Source: an uncultured Rhodoferax sp. (GTDB lineage Bacteria > Pseudomonadota > Gammaproteobacteria > Burkholderiales > Burkholderiaceae_C). Taken from it: 64,000 nucleotides of DNA. The notes under the pieces were generated by a model, which was not told where the DNA came from, made no database searches, and worked only from the letters and a program-made list of their open reading frames with translations. The stretch is from NCBI GenBank assembly GCA_963925275.1, contig CAWUSQ010000001.1, positions 1,886 through 65,885 on the forward strand, read 5' to 3'. The position numbers and the translations under genes were made by a program. Position 1 is the stretch's first letter, and every line of letters begins with the position of its first letter. Of this stretch, positions 51,925-63,339 are shown one piece after another.

Positions 51925-53040
51925 ATGGACTTTGATTTTTCTGACGAACAAACCGCCTTGCGTGAAGCCGTGCAGCGCTGGGTTGAACGTGCCTACACTT
52001 TTGAGCGCCGGCGCAGCATTCTGACTGAGGGGGGATGCAGCCGGCAAGCCTATGGCGAAATGGCCGGCTTGGGCTTGTGCGCACTCACTGTGCACGAAGA
52101 TCACGGCGGCCTGGGCATGGGGCCCATCGAGGCCATGGTGGCGATGGAAGAACTGGGGCGGGGCTTGGTGCTCGAACCCCTGACGCACACGCTGATGGCC
52201 AGCGCCGTGCTGCAAACGCACGCACCTGCTGAGCTGCGCAGCACCTGGTTGCCGCGCGTGGCATCGGGGGAGGCCCTTATCACACTGGCTTATCAAGAGC
52301 GCGCTGGGCGCTACCAGATCCAAACCTGTGCCACGCATGCGCAGGCCGCAGGCAAGGCTTATGTGTTGCACGGCGCCAAGCAAGTTGTCAGTGCCGGCGA
52401 CCGAGCCGATGCTTTCATCATTCCAGCCATGCTCAAGGACGCCATGGCGCTGTTTTTGGTGCCTGCACAAGCCCCTGGCATCCAACGCAATGGCTACCAA
52501 ACGCAAGACGGCAGCCGCGCGGGTGACCTGAGCTTGACCAACACCCCCGCGCATTTGATCAGCACCGATGGTCTAGCCGCACTGGAGTTGGCCGTGGACA
52601 CCGGCATTGCCAGCACCTGCGCCTTGGGTGTGGGCATGATGGAACGTGCTTTGGCTCTGACCGTGGATTACCTGCAAACCCGTCGCCAATTTGGCGCACC
52701 ATTGGCCAGTTTTCAGGCGCTGCGCCACCGGGTGGCTGATATGAAAATGGAGCTTGAATTAGCCCGCTCCATGAGCTACTACGCCAGCCTGAAGCTGCTC
52801 GCCGAGCCAGCTCAGAGGCGTGCGGCCATGGCGCGTGCCAAACTGCAGCTGGGACAATCCATGCGCTTTGTTGGTCAACAAGCCGTGCAATTGCATGGTG
52901 GTATTGGTATGACACAAGAGGCACAGATCAGCCACTTCTTCAAGGCCTTGACTCAGCTTGAAATGACTTTTGGCGACAGCCTGCACCAACTCGGTCAAGT
53001 CAGCCTCCTGATGCAAGACACCGCGGGAGTGATAACCTGA
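51925..53040 (+). CDS. acyl-CoA dehydrogenase family protein (second of a tandem pair)
   Basis: 371 aa with MDFDFSDEQ and QLHGGIGMT. It starts 7 nt after the preceding ACAD gene. Confidence 0.85.
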   Translation: MDFDFSDEQTALREAVQRWVERAYTFERRRSILTEGGCSRQAYGEMAGLGLCALTVHEDHGGLGMGPIEAMVAMEELGRGLVLEPLTHTLMASAVLQTHAPAELRSTWLPRVASGEALITLAYQERAGRYQIQTCATHAQAAGKAYVLHGAKQVVSAGDRADAFIIPAMLKDAMALFLVPAQAPGIQRNGYQTQDGSRAGDLSLTNTPAHLISTDGLAALELAVDTGIASTCALGVGMMERALALTVDYLQTRRQFGAPLASFQALRHRVADMKMELELARSMSYYASLKLLAEPAQRRAAMARAKLQLGQSMRFVGQQAVQLHGGIGMTQEAQISHFFKALTQLEMTFGDSLHQLGQVSLLMQDTAGVIT

Positions 53041-53224
53041 GGCCACTCACGACCAGTGCCAACTTAGGATCGATCGCAGCAAGATCGGACTTGACGAAAA
53101 GGCACAATAAGGCCTGTAGGCGGCTGGCAGGGCTCGGGTCGCTTACAAAATCCTCTTGGCCACCCCCCGTTTAAGCTCTCTTTAACAATGCGCGTGCATG
53201 ATCTGATGATTGGATCGAAATCAA

Positions 53225-54100
53225 ATGCCAACTTGGCGCTCTAAAACGCTGTACGGGCCCAGGAAAAGCCTGATTTTGAACATCTTGCTGTGCTTGAGCG
53301 GCTTGCTGGTTTGCGCGGGCGCCGCGGCCATGCCCTTGAGCAGTCGACACGTCATCGTAATCAGCAACGAAAACGGTGCGATTTTGCTGCAGAAAAATGC
53401 AGACCAAGCGGTCCCGATCGCGTCATTGACCAAACTGATGACCGCCATGACCGTGCTGGACAGCCTACCCAATATGCGCGAGCCCATTGTGATCAAAGCA
53501 CAAGATGTGGACAGTTTAAAGCACAGTTCCTCACGCGTACCGGTTGGCACCACCCTGGCGCGGCAACAGGTGCTGCAACTCGCGCTGATGAGTTCGGATA
53601 ACCGGGCTGCTGCTGCGCTGGCACGAACTTACCCAGGAGGCGTCGACGCCTTTGAGCAAGCAGTCAACGCCAAATTACAAAGTCTGGGCATGCACCACAC
53701 TGTGATCCAAGAGCCCACAGGCCTGTCACCAAACAACACGTCCACCGCTGCAGACCTGGCCAAAATGGTGCTGGCGGCATCGCGCTATCCACAAATTGCC
53801 AATATCACCACAGACACCTCGGCGCGGATATACCTGAAGCGACGTGACGTGTTGTTTCACAACACAAACCCCTTGGTCGGCGTCAAGGGCTGGAATATCC
53901 TGATGTCCAAAACAGGCTTTACCAACGAAGCAGGCCATTGCCTGGTCATGCGCATTCGCCAGGCTGGTAAAGACGCCACCTTGGTGCTACTGAACGCCCG
54001 CGCCAAGGACGCAAGCCGCATGGACGCGCTGACGGTGCGACGCTGGTTGGCAGAATTAGCCCCGCCAGAAAAGGCTGCAACCCAGCTCAGCATGCGTTAG
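53225..54100 (+). CDS. pbpG: D-alanyl-D-alanine endopeptidase/carboxypeptidase (peptidase S11, PbpG-like)
   Basis: SxxK SLTKLMT, SxN SSDN and KTG SKTGFT. The start is either ATG 53225 or TTG 53210. Confidence 0.85.
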   Translation: MPTWRSKTLYGPRKSLILNILLCLSGLLVCAGAAAMPLSSRHVIVISNENGAILLQKNADQAVPIASLTKLMTAMTVLDSLPNMREPIVIKAQDVDSLKHSSSRVPVGTTLARQQVLQLALMSSDNRAAAALARTYPGGVDAFEQAVNAKLQSLGMHHTVIQEPTGLSPNNTSTAADLAKMVLAASRYPQIANITTDTSARIYLKRRDVLFHNTNPLVGVKGWNILMSKTGFTNEAGHCLVMRIRQAGKDATLVLLNARAKDASRMDALTVRRWLAELAPPEKAATQLSMR

Positions 54101-54226
54101 CGCGAAAGCACAAAACTGCCGTAGTGGCTAAGGCCGACAAATCAGTGGCTTTGCTTATCGAGCGCGGTGGCGACAAAATTTTTGTCCCGGTGCGCATGGG
54201 CGGATCTGCTGGCGCCCCAAAACCGC

Positions 54227-54784
54227 TCAAATGACCAGTCGTGATGAGGCTGGCACATGGGCCATCAAGAACTCCATCTGGTCGGCGAGGATGCGCCGAT
54301 TGCGCAGAATGAAATCCTCCCACAGGCTGGGCACATAGGGGGCGTACAACAAAGGCATGTGCGCTTGCTCGGGTGTGCGACTGCTCTTTCGATGGTTGCA
54401 ACTTTTGCAAGCGGTGACCACATTCATCCAGTGGTCCTTTCCGTTTTGCGCAAATGGGGTGATGTGCTCACGGGTGAGCTCGCTGTCTTCAAACAGCTGG
54501 CCGCAGTAGGCGCACAGTTTGCGGTCGCGGGCAAACAGCTTGGCGTTGGTCAAGGCCGGCGTTTGGGCAAACGGGTTGATGCGTGGCACACCTTTGGTGC
54601 CAATGATGCTGCTGATGGCAATGGTCGATTGCACACCAGTTTGGGCGTTGTGGCCACCGTGAAATACCGCCACCTCGCGGCCAATTTCCCAGCGCACTTC
54701 GTCAGCGGCGTAATGCAACACCGCTTGTTCTAAAGAGATCCAGGACTGCGGAAGACCCTGGGCCGATAGCTTCAAGACTTTCAA
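54227..54784 (-). CDS. HNH endonuclease domain protein
   Basis: CAYCG...EHI.P...G...W.N.V.AC..CN.RK zinc-finger HNH motif. Start set to the TTG at 54784, preceded by AGGAGG; the ORF track extends to 54898. Confidence 0.8.
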   Translation of the reverse strand: MKVLKLSAQGLPQSWISLEQAVLHYAADEVRWEIGREVAVFHGGHNAQTGVQSTIAISSIIGTKGVPRINPFAQTPALTNAKLFARDRKLCAYCGQLFEDSELTREHITPFAQNGKDHWMNVVTACKSCNHRKSSRTPEQAHMPLLYAPYVPSLWEDFILRNRRILADQMEFLMAHVPASSRLVI

Positions 54785-55000
54785 TGCCAACCTCCTGATC
54801 ACGCCACCATTGGACGCCAACACGGCACGCCTTTGTTGCACCTCGTGCAAAGCAAAACTTAGCAACACGAAGCGCCGCTCATGTAAGAAACTGAGCAACT
54901 ACAAGCTAAGCTGCGACACAATATACCCTTTTTGGTTTGGTGCCGCGCCTTTGCCCAGATACTGAGCAAAGAATCAGCAGCATCGCCGCCCGCCTTTCGC

Positions 55001-55984
55001 ATGAATATTTTCAGAGGTTTCAAGCATCCCGGCATCGCCAGCGCCTGCGCCCTGACCATCGGCAATTTTGACGGTGTGCACCGTGGCCACCAAGCCATGC
55101 TGTCGCTGCTCAAAGGTGAAGCCCAACAACGTGGCGTACCAAGTTGCGTGCTGACGTTTGAGCCACACCCGCGCGACTACTTTTCCGGGCTGACCCGTAA
55201 CCCTAATCTGGCGCCAGCGCGCGTGGGCACACTGCGCGACAAGCTGATTGATCTGAACGCTTGTGGCGTGGACCAGGTCGTGGTGATGCGCTTTGACCAG
55301 AATCTGGCCAAGCTCACGCCTCAAGCCTTCATCGACCAGGTCTTGCGGCAAGGCTTGGGCGCGCGCTATGTGTTAGTCGGTGACGACTTTCGCTTTGGTC
55401 AAGGCCGCAGCGGCGACTACGCTGAGCTCGACGCCGCAGGGCTGCGCCAAGGCTTTGATGTGGCGCGCATGAACAGCTACGAGGTGCACGGCATCAGGGT
55501 CTCCAGCTCAGCGGTACGCGAGGCACTGGCACAGGGGCGCATGCAGGATGCCAACCGCCTTTTGGGTCACCCTTACCGCATTTCAGGCCACGTGGTGCAT
55601 GGCCGAAAACTCGGACGCAGCCTCGGGTTCAAAACCATTAACCAACGCTTTAGCCACTGGAAACCGGCCGCAGGTGGCATTTTTGCCGTGCAGGTGTTTG
55701 GTCTGTCTGAGCTGCCTTTGCGTGGCGTGGCCAACATGGGTGTTCGCCCTTCGCTCGACCCGAACGACGTCAACGCCGGACGCGTGCTGCTAGAGACCCA
55801 TTGTTTGGACTGGCCTGATCACCTGGGCCCAGAGGGTGCCTACGGTAAAATCGCCAGTGTAGAACTTCTGCACAAATTGCACGACGAGCGCCAATACGCT
55901 TGCCTGGACGACTTGACCCACGGCATCAGTCAAGACTGTGACGATGCCCGTGCCTTCTTTGCCAACTTGCGCCACCATGACTGA
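55001..55984 (+). CDS. ribF: bifunctional riboflavin kinase / FAD synthetase
   Basis: [11 protein letters not shown] plus a C-terminal riboflavin kinase domain. Start trimmed to the ATG at 55001. Confidence 0.93.
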   Translation: MNIFRGFKHPGIASACALTIGNFDGVHRGHQAMLSLLKGEAQQRGVPSCVLTFEPHPRDYFSGLTRNPNLAPARVGTLRDKLIDLNACGVDQVVVMRFDQNLAKLTPQAFIDQVLRQGLGARYVLVGDDFRFGQGRSGDYAELDAAGLRQGFDVARMNSYEVHGIRVSSSAVREALAQGRMQDANRLLGHPYRISGHVVHGRKLGRSLGFKTINQRFSHWKPAAGGIFAVQVFGLSELPLRGVANMGVRPSLDPNDVNAGRVLLETHCLDWPDHLGPEGAYGKIASVELLHKLHDERQYACLDDLTHGISQDCDDARAFFANLRHHD

Positions 55985-58847
55985 CCAACAACAAGACAAC
56001 GGCAAAGCCGAATACCGCAGCACACTGAATCTGCCCGACACCGCCTTTCCGATGCGCGGCGACCTGCCCAAGCGCGAGCCGCAGTGGACAAAAAAGTGGG
56101 ACGAAGAAGGGCTGTACCTGAAGCTGCGCGAAGCGCGCCGCGGCGCGCCTAAATTCGTGCTGCATGACGGCCCGCCCTATGCCAATGGCCAGATCCACAT
56201 GGGCCATGCAGTCAACAAGATTTTGAAAGACATGATCGTGAAGACGCGCCAGCTCAAAGGCATGGATGCGAGCTACATTCCGGGCTGGGACTGCCATGGC
56301 TTACCAATTGAGAATGCAATCGAGAAAAAACACGGGCGCAAACTCGCTCGCGATGACATGCAGGCCAAAAGTCGTGCCTACGCGACCGAGCAAATTGCCC
56401 AACAAATGGCTGACTTCAAGCGCTTGGGCGTGCTTGGCGATTGGGACAAACCCTACCGCACCATGGACTTCAAAAACGAAGCCAATGAAATCCGCGCCTT
56501 CAAGCGGGTCATTGAACGCGGCTTTGTTTACCGTGGACTCAAACCCGTTTACTGGTGTTTTGACTGTGGCTCGAGCTTGGCCGAGTTTGAGATCGAATAC
56601 GCTGACAAACAATCACAAACGCTGGATGTTGGCTTTTTGTGTGCCGAACCGACCAAGCTGGCAGCCGCTTTTGGTCTGTCTGGTCTGGACAAAGACGCCT
56701 TTGCCGTCATCTGGACCACCACCGCTTGGACCATCCCGGCCAACCAGGCGCTGAATCTGAACCCCGAGCTGAGCTATGCGCTGGTCGACACCGAGCGCGG
56801 TTTATTGGTGCTGGCCGAAACCCTGGTCGCATCCTGCATGAGCCGCTACGGCCTCACCGCTACCGTGCTGGCCACCGCGCTGGGCAAGCAATTGGGCGGC
56901 ATCCAATTCAAGCACCCCCTAGCCCATGTTGACGTCGGCTACGACCGCCTGAGCCCGGTTTACCTGGCCGACTATGCAACCGCTGATGACGGCACAGGTC
57001 TGGTGCACTCTTCACCGGCTTATGGCGTGGAAGACTTCAACAGCTGCGTGGCCCACGGCATGGCCTACGATGACATTCTGAACCCGGTTCAGGGCAACGG
57101 TGTTTATGCACCAGAGACCCCTTTGTTCGCGGGTCAGCACATCTGGAAAGCCTGCCCTGTCATCATTGAGGCATTGCGCGAGGCCGGCCGGCTGTTTGCC
57201 AGTGAGAACATCACCCACAGCTACCCGCACTGCTGGCGCCACAAAACACCGGTGATTTACCGGGCAGCCGCCCAGTGGTTCATCCGCATGGACGAAGGCG
57301 AGGGCATCTTCACCAAAGACAAAGCCAGCCGCAGCCTGCGCCAAATAGCGCTCGAGGCCATCGAGCAAACCAACTTCTACCCAGAAAACGGCAAGACACG
57401 GCTGCGCGACATGATCGCAGGAAGGCCAGACTGGTGTATCAGTCGCCAGCGCAGCTGGGGTGTACCCCTGCCCTTTTTCTTGCACAAAGACAGCGGTGAG
57501 TTGCACCCCCGCACCATGGAGATTCTGGACATCGCAGCAGACATGGTTGAAATGGGCGGTATCGAGGCCTGGAGCAAAGCCAGTATCGATTCAATTTTGG
57601 GTCCGGTGGATGCACCAAACTACACCAAAAGCGCGGACATTTTGGAAGTCTGGTTCGACTCAGGCACGACGCACACCACGGTTCTCAAAGGCTCTCACGC
57701 CGGCGCTGGACACCCCAATGGCCCAGAGGCTGACCTTTACCTAGAAGGCCACGACCAGCACCGCGGCTGGTTCCACTCCAGCTTGCTGACCGCTTGCGCG
57801 ATGTATGACCGTGCGCCCTACAGAGACATTCTGACGCATGGCTTCACGGTCGACAGCAAGGGACACAAAATGAGCAAAAGCGCCGGCAACGGCGTGGACC
57901 CGCAAGCCACCAGTCAAAAATTGGGCGCCGAGATCATCCGCTTGTGGGTGGCTGCCAGCGACTACTCGGGCGACATTGCCGGAGACGACAAAATCCTGGC
58001 CCGTGTGGTCGACACCTACCGTCGGGTGCGCAACACACTGAAGTTCTTGTTGGCCAACATCAGTGATTTTGATCCTGCACAGCACACGGTTGCACCCGAG
58101 CAGATGCTGGAAATTGATCGCTATGCGGTGAGCCGTGTCGCTCAGTTGCAAGCCGAAATTCTGGCGCACTTTGAGGTGTATGAATTCCACCCAGTGGTGG
58201 CCAAGTTGCAGATTTACTGCTCGGAAGATTTGGGCTCTTTTTACCTTGACATTCTCAAAGACCGCCTCTACACCACGGCACCCAACTCGCTGGCTCGGCG
58301 CAGCGCGCAAACGGCCTTATGGCAGATCACCAACGCCATGCTGCGCTGGATGGCACCTTACTTGAGCTTCACCGCTGAAGAGGCTTGGACGGTACTGGGT
58401 GCTGAGGGAAAAACGCCGCTGGCGACACGCGACTCGATCTTCATGGACCACTACGTGGCGCAACCTGTAGCCGATACAGCTTTGTTGGCCAAGTGGACGC
58501 GGGTGCGCGAATTACGCGATGCCACGAACAAAGAAATTGAGGTGTTGCGCGCCAACGGCCAAGTCGGCTCATCCTTGCAAGCCGCGGTGGCGCTCACTGT
58601 GGGCGCATCCGACCACGCCCTGCTAAGTAGTCTGGGAGAGGATTTGCGATTTGTTTTCATCACATCGAGCGTGCATTTGCACTTGGGACAGGACACGGCG
58701 ATCAGCGTGAGCCCCTCAGGTGCCACCAAATGCGAGCGCTGTTGGCATTACCGTGACGATGTGGGACACGACAGCGCCCATCCTGGTCTGTGCGGCCGGT
58801 GCACCAGCAATCTGTTTGGTGCTGGCGAAACCCGTACGGTCGCCTGA
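55977..58847 (+). CDS. ileS: isoleucine--tRNA ligase
   Basis: HMGH (HIGH) motif, KMSKS, and a C-terminal Zn-finger CERCW...CGRC. The ATG at 55977 overlaps the ribF 3' end. Confidence 0.97.
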   Translation: MTDQQQDNGKAEYRSTLNLPDTAFPMRGDLPKREPQWTKKWDEEGLYLKLREARRGAPKFVLHDGPPYANGQIHMGHAVNKILKDMIVKTRQLKGMDASYIPGWDCHGLPIENAIEKKHGRKLARDDMQAKSRAYATEQIAQQMADFKRLGVLGDWDKPYRTMDFKNEANEIRAFKRVIERGFVYRGLKPVYWCFDCGSSLAEFEIEYADKQSQTLDVGFLCAEPTKLAAAFGLSGLDKDAFAVIWTTTAWTIPANQALNLNPELSYALVDTERGLLVLAETLVASCMSRYGLTATVLATALGKQLGGIQFKHPLAHVDVGYDRLSPVYLADYATADDGTGLVHSSPAYGVEDFNSCVAHGMAYDDILNPVQGNGVYAPETPLFAGQHIWKACPVIIEALREAGRLFASENITHSYPHCWRHKTPVIYRAAAQWFIRMDEGEGIFTKDKASRSLRQIALEAIEQTNFYPENGKTRLRDMIAGRPDWCISRQRSWGVPLPFFLHKDSGELHPRTMEILDIAADMVEMGGIEAWSKASIDSILGPVDAPNYTKSADILEVWFDSGTTHTTVLKGSHAGAGHPNGPEADLYLEGHDQHRGWFHSSLLTACAMYDRAPYRDILTHGFTVDSKGHKMSKSAGNGVDPQATSQKLGAEIIRLWVAASDYSGDIAGDDKILARVVDTYRRVRNTLKFLLANISDFDPAQHTVAPEQMLEIDRYAVSRVAQLQAEILAHFEVYEFHPVVAKLQIYCSEDLGSFYLDILKDRLYTTAPNSLARRSAQTALWQITNAMLRWMAPYLSFTAEEAWTVLGAEGKTPLATRDSIFMDHYVAQPVADTALLAKWTRVRELRDATNKEIEVLRANGQVGSSLQAAVALTVGASDHALLSSLGEDLRFVFITSSVHLHLGQDTAISVSPSGATKCERCWHYRDDVGHDSAHPGLCGRCTSNLFGAGETRTVA

Positions 58848-59338
58848 TGGCACGCAAAGGCGTTGCAAGCAGCTTGCTGCCGTGGCTGATCTGGGCCGGC
58901 GCAGTGCTGCTGCTGGACCAATTCAGCAAACTCTTGGTCATCGGCAATTACGCATTGCACCAAGGTACGGTCTTGACCTCGTTTTTCAACCTGATTCGGG
59001 TGCACAACGAAGGTGCAGCGTTTTCATTTCTGGCCAACTCAGGTGGCTGGCAGCGTTGGTTGTTCACAGCTATTGGGCTGGGTGCTGCGGCGCTGATTGT
59101 CTGGATGCTGCGTGCGCATTCAGGACAAAAACTGTTTGCCTTCGCGTTGGCGAGCATTCTGGGGGGTGCCTTGGGCAATGTGTTGGACCGCGTGCTTTAC
59201 GGCTACGTGGTCGACTTTCTGGACTTTCATTACATGGGCTGGCATTTCCCCGCCTTCAACCTGGCCGACAGCGCCATCACCATGGGCGCGGTCTGCCTGA
59301 TCGTTGACGAACTCCTGCGCGTACGCCGACAGCGTTAA
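58847..59338 (+). CDS. lspA: lipoprotein signal peptidase II
   Basis: NEGAAFSF and FNLADSAI motifs. The ATG overlaps the ileS TGA. Confidence 0.93.
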   Translation: MARKGVASSLLPWLIWAGAVLLLDQFSKLLVIGNYALHQGTVLTSFFNLIRVHNEGAAFSFLANSGGWQRWLFTAIGLGAAALIVWMLRAHSGQKLFAFALASILGGALGNVLDRVLYGYVVDFLDFHYMGWHFPAFNLADSAITMGAVCLIVDELLRVRRQR

Positions 59339-59430
59339 ACGCGACACCCACCGGGCATACCCACTTGCCTCAAGCTATTGGGAACGCTTGGGGCGTGATA
59401 GGCACCACAAACCATGACCGCTGCGGGCAC

Positions 59431-59455
59431 AAAAAAGCCCGCGGTCAGCGGGCTT
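59431..59455 (-). terminator. rho-independent terminator after the quinone oxidoreductase gene
   Basis: AAGCCCGC-loop-GCGGGCTT, followed on the minus strand by T6. Confidence 0.65.
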
Positions 59456-59478
59456 CGTATCCAACACCGACGAGGCGC

Positions 59479-60474
59479 TTACAGCGTCAAAATCGTGCAG
59501 CCTGTGGTCTTGCGCGCTTCCAGCGCAATGTGCGCTTGTTGCACATCTTCGAGCTTGAAGGTCTGGTCAATCTGAATCGTTACCTTGCCACTGGTCACCG
59601 CCTCGAACAAATCGGCGGCCATGGCCTGGGCCGTCTCATGCGTTGCAATATGGGTGAACAAAGTGGGTCGGGTGACATACACCGAACCTTTGGCCGCCAG
59701 CAGGTTGACATCGATGGGATCGACTTTGCCCGACGCATTGCCAAAAACAGCCATCAAACCTAAGGGGCGCAGGCAATCGAGTGATTTCATGAAGGTGTCT
59801 TTGCCCACTGAGTCGTACACCACCTTAACGCCTTTTCCACCGGTAATTTCTTTCACCCGGGCCACAAAATCTTCGGTGCTGTAGTTGATCACGTGGGCTG
59901 CGCCACTGGCCTTGGCCAGTGCGCATTTGGCGTCAGAGCCAGCCGTCCCGATCAGCTGCAAGCCCATGGCTTTAGCCCATTGACAAGCAATCAGGCCAAC
60001 GCCGCCCGCTGCGGCATGAAACAGCACAAAGTCCCCAGCCTGCAAGCCGCCTTGCGGTTGTGTACGTTTGAGCAAGTACTGCGCGGTAAGACCCTTGAGC
60101 ATCATGGCCGCGCCCGTCTCAAACGAGATCGCATCGGGCAACTTACACACCGTCTTGGCAGGCATCACACGCAAGTCACAGTAGCTGCCTGGGGGCTGGC
60201 TGGCATAAGCAGCACGGTCGCCGACCTTCAGATGAGACACGCCCTCGCCCACGGCCTCGATCACGCCAGAAGCCTCCATACCCAAATGCAATGGCATGGG
60301 CAATTTGTACAAACCATCGCGCTGGTACACGTCAATGAAGTTCAAACCCACGGCACGGTGGCGGATGCGAATCTCGCCCGGCCCGGGTTCTCCCACGCTC
60401 ACCTCGACGAGTTTGAGTTCTTCAGGGCCGCCATGTTGATCAATGCGAATGGCGCGGGAAGTATGCTGGCTCAT
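59479..60474 (-). CDS. qor: NADPH:quinone oxidoreductase (zeta-crystallin-like MDR family)
   Basis: 331 aa with AAGGVG nucleotide motif and MDR fold. Trimmed to the ATG at 60474. Confidence 0.85.
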   Translation of the reverse strand: MSQHTSRAIRIDQHGGPEELKLVEVSVGEPGPGEIRIRHRAVGLNFIDVYQRDGLYKLPMPLHLGMEASGVIEAVGEGVSHLKVGDRAAYASQPPGSYCDLRVMPAKTVCKLPDAISFETGAAMMLKGLTAQYLLKRTQPQGGLQAGDFVLFHAAAGGVGLIACQWAKAMGLQLIGTAGSDAKCALAKASGAAHVINYSTEDFVARVKEITGGKGVKVVYDSVGKDTFMKSLDCLRPLGLMAVFGNASGKVDPIDVNLLAAKGSVYVTRPTLFTHIATHETAQAMAADLFEAVTSGKVTIQIDQTFKLEDVQQAHIALEARKTTGCTILTL

Positions 60475-60600
60475 GAAATCTCCTGTTGCTGTGTCAAAGC
60501 ATCGGATCTTGCCATGAATTGCGCGTCCTCGCGCGGGCCGTGGCAGTTTTACTGCGAGAATTGTGGCGACTGGTCCGATTGCCACTCACCTCAACGGCCC

Positions 60601-61506
60601 ATGACCACACCCAAAATTACCCCCATAGCAGTCTTGCTTCTAACCCTACCGCCCCTGCTTTGGGCAGGTAACGCCGTGTTGGGCCGGGTGATTGCGCCGT
60701 GGATTTCACCGATGACGCTGAGCCTGGTGCGCTGGATCATTGCACTGGTTTTATTGCTGCCCTTAGCGGCAACCGTGCTGCGACCCAGCAGCCCATTGTG
60801 GACAAGCTGGAAACGCATCGCCGCACTGGCCATGCTGAGCGTTGGCACCTACAACGGCTTGTTGTATCTGGCGCTGACCACATCGACGGCCATCAACGTG
60901 ACGCTGGTGGCTTCGATCACGCCGGTGTGGATGCTCTTGATTGGGCGCTTCTTTTTTGCCCAAGCCATCACCAAGCGCCAATGGTTAGGTGCGGTGCTGT
61001 CCGTGGCCGGCGTGTTGGTGGTGCTCAGCCGAGGGCAGTGGTCCGTGCTGGTGAACATCCAGTTGGTGACCGGCGACCTGTACATGTTGATTGCCTCGGC
61101 TGCCTGGGCCTACTACAGCTGGATGCTGGCGCACCCCACCACCGAGCCTGCAAGCATTCGTTACAACTGGGCTGCTTTTTTGCTGGCTCAGATTGCCTTG
61201 GGGCTGGTTTGGTCGGTGGCCTTGGCCGGTGGCGAATGGGCCTTGGGCCTGGGCCACATTGAGCCCAGTTGGCGTTTGCTGTGGGCCATGCTCTACATAG
61301 CCATCGGACCAGCCATCTTGGCGTACCGCGCCTGGGACGCTGGCGTGGCGCGCGCAGGTGCCTCCGTCGCTGGTTTTTTCACCAATCTGACCCCCCTGTT
61401 CACCGCCATCTTGTCCAGCGTTTTTCTGGGTGAAGTTCCGCACCTGTACCACGCGCTGGCCTTCGCCATGATTGCCGGCGGCATTGTGGTCTCATCGCGC
61501 CGCTAA
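60601..61506 (+). CDS. EamA/DMT family transporter
   Basis: The real gene is the 3' part of the 537-aa track ORF, starting MTTPKITPIAVLLL at 60601, with 10 hydrophobic spans. Confidence 0.8.
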   Translation: MTTPKITPIAVLLLTLPPLLWAGNAVLGRVIAPWISPMTLSLVRWIIALVLLLPLAATVLRPSSPLWTSWKRIAALAMLSVGTYNGLLYLALTTSTAINVTLVASITPVWMLLIGRFFFAQAITKRQWLGAVLSVAGVLVVLSRGQWSVLVNIQLVTGDLYMLIASAAWAYYSWMLAHPTTEPASIRYNWAAFLLAQIALGLVWSVALAGGEWALGLGHIEPSWRLLWAMLYIAIGPAILAYRAWDAGVARAGASVAGFFTNLTPLFTAILSSVFLGEVPHLYHALAFAMIAGGIVVSSRR

Positions 61507-61538
61507 GGGCGCATCCAACGCCCCGCGGCCGTCACACC

Positions 61539-62330
61539 CTAGAAGGTTCCTGAGAACGCGCCACCATCGGCCAGTACATTTTGACCAGTCATGTAAGCGG
61601 CATGCTGGCTGCACAAAAATGCGCAAATAGCGCCAAATTCCTGTGCATTGCCAAAGCGTTTAGCCGGGATTGTTTGGCGACGTGCAGCAGCCACATCATC
61701 AATAGATTTACCTGTTTTAGCGGACGCGCCCTCCATGGTGACGCGCAAGCGGTCAGTGTCAAACGCGCCCGGCAGCAGGTTGTTGATGGTCACGCCTTTG
61801 GCTGCTAAAGAGCCGCGTGCCAAACCTGCCACGAAGCCGGTCAGGCCGCTGCGCGCGCCATTGGACAGCGCCAGCACATCAATCGGCGCTTTGACCGAAC
61901 TCGAAGTGATGTTCACAATGCGCCCAAATCCACGCTCAGACATGCCAGCAACCGTTGCTTTGATGAGCTCAATGGGTGTGAGCATATTGGCATCTACCGC
62001 ACGTATCCAGTCCTCACGGGTGAAGGCCAAAGAGTCGCCTGTGGGTGGGCCGCCGGCATTGGTCACCACGATGTCAAAGTCCTGACGCACCGCAAACACG
62101 GCGGCACGGCCGGCTTCGGTGGTCACATCAGCGGCGACGTTGAGCACTTGCGCACCGGTGTTCACACCGATCGCCGCCAAGCGGTCTGCTGATTGCTGCA
62201 AGACAGCGGGGTCGCGCGCCACGATGAGCACATTCACCCCCTCAGATACCAACGCCTGCGCACAGCCAAAGCCCAAACCACGGCTAGCACCGCACACCAA
62301 TGCCCACTTGCCTGCAATACCTAAATCCAT
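61539..62330 (-). CDS. SDR family oxidoreductase
   Basis: 263 aa with the VCGASRGLG TGxxxGxG-type motif and NNAG-like TNAGG. Confidence 0.85.
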   Translation of the reverse strand: MDLGIAGKWALVCGASRGLGFGCAQALVSEGVNVLIVARDPAVLQQSADRLAAIGVNTGAQVLNVAADVTTEAGRAAVFAVRQDFDIVVTNAGGPPTGDSLAFTREDWIRAVDANMLTPIELIKATVAGMSERGFGRIVNITSSSVKAPIDVLALSNGARSGLTGFVAGLARGSLAAKGVTINNLLPGAFDTDRLRVTMEGASAKTGKSIDDVAAARRQTIPAKRFGNAQEFGAICAFLCSQHAAYMTGQNVLADGGAFSGTF

Positions 62331-62427
62331 GTCATATCCTCTGTTGATTGAAAAATTTTGAATACTGAACGTCTGTCGATTCTACGAAGTCATCCACCCC
62401 AGTTGACCGAGCGGGCTTCAGCCCTGC

Positions 62428-63339
62428 TCAAGCGTCTGTTCTGCGCTGGCCGGTGACAACAAAAATACCAGCGATCACCAAGCAAGTGCCCGCCGCCACC
62501 CACACCGTAAAGGGTTCCCCCAAAAGGAGTACGCCCATCAAAATCGTCGACACGGGCCCGACCATACCAGTCTGGGAGGCCAAACCCGCACCGATGCGCT
62601 CAATGGCCATCATCACCATCAACACGGGCGCTGCCGTGCACAGGGTGGCGTTGAGCAACGAAAGCCAAATCACCTGTGGCGCTACAAGCGCTGACTCAAA
62701 GGGGCGCAAAATCACAAACTGTACCAAGCACAAGATACAGGCCACACTTGTGGCCAAACCGACCAAGCGCAAGGAACCCAGGCGTTTCACCAATTCACCG
62801 CTGAAGGTCAGGTACACCGAGTAACTGATGGTGCTGGCCAGAACCAAGGCGCCACCCAGCAGGATGTCGGCACCTTCAAGCGTGGCTTCATGCCCAAACA
62901 CCAAAAGTACACCGGCATAACTAATCGACATGCCCAAAGCCTGACGTTTGGCAATTGGGCGCTTGTAGAGCACCAGCGCCAAGAGCAGAACCAGTGTGGG
63001 GTTGAGGTAGAGAATCAAGCGCTCCAGCGACGCACTGATGTACACCAGTCCGGCAAAGTCTAAAAAGCTCGCCAGGTAGTAGCCAGAAAAACCCAAGCCC
63101 AGCACACCCCAGATATCAGCTCGGGTCAAGGCCGCCTTGCCGCGGCTGGCCCACCAGCTCATGATCAAGAAAATCGGTAAGGCGAACAACATGCGGTACA
63201 TGATGAGCGTGACAGCGTCCACACCGTAGCGATAGGCAAACTTCACAATGATGGCTTTGCCACTGAACGCGATGGAGCCCAACACCGCCAGGGTCAAACC
63301 GGAAGCTAATTGTTTGGATGTCAAATTCGTAGCACTCAT
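62428..63339 (-). CDS. EamA/DMT family transporter
   Basis: 303 aa with 10 hydrophobic spans. Its ATG overlaps the stop of the upstream ATPase gene (ATGA). Confidence 0.8.
   Translation of the reverse strand: MSATNLTSKQLASGLTLAVLGSIAFSGKAIIVKFAYRYGVDAVTLIMYRMLFALPIFLIMSWWASRGKAALTRADIWGVLGLGFSGYYLASFLDFAGLVYISASLERLILYLNPTLVLLLALVLYKRPIAKRQALGMSISYAGVLLVFGHEATLEGADILLGGALVLASTISYSVYLTFSGELVKRLGSLRLVGLATSVACILCLVQFVILRPFESALVAPQVIWLSLLNATLCTAAPVLMVMMAIERIGAGLASQTGMVGPVSTILMGVLLLGEPFTVWVAAGTCLVIAGIFVVTGQRRTDA

Noticed and set aside
59893-60600. 5' two-fifths of the 537-aa ORF 59893..61506
   Set aside because: This part is antisense to the quinone oxidoreductase gene. Only the portion from the ATG at 60601 looks like a membrane transporter.
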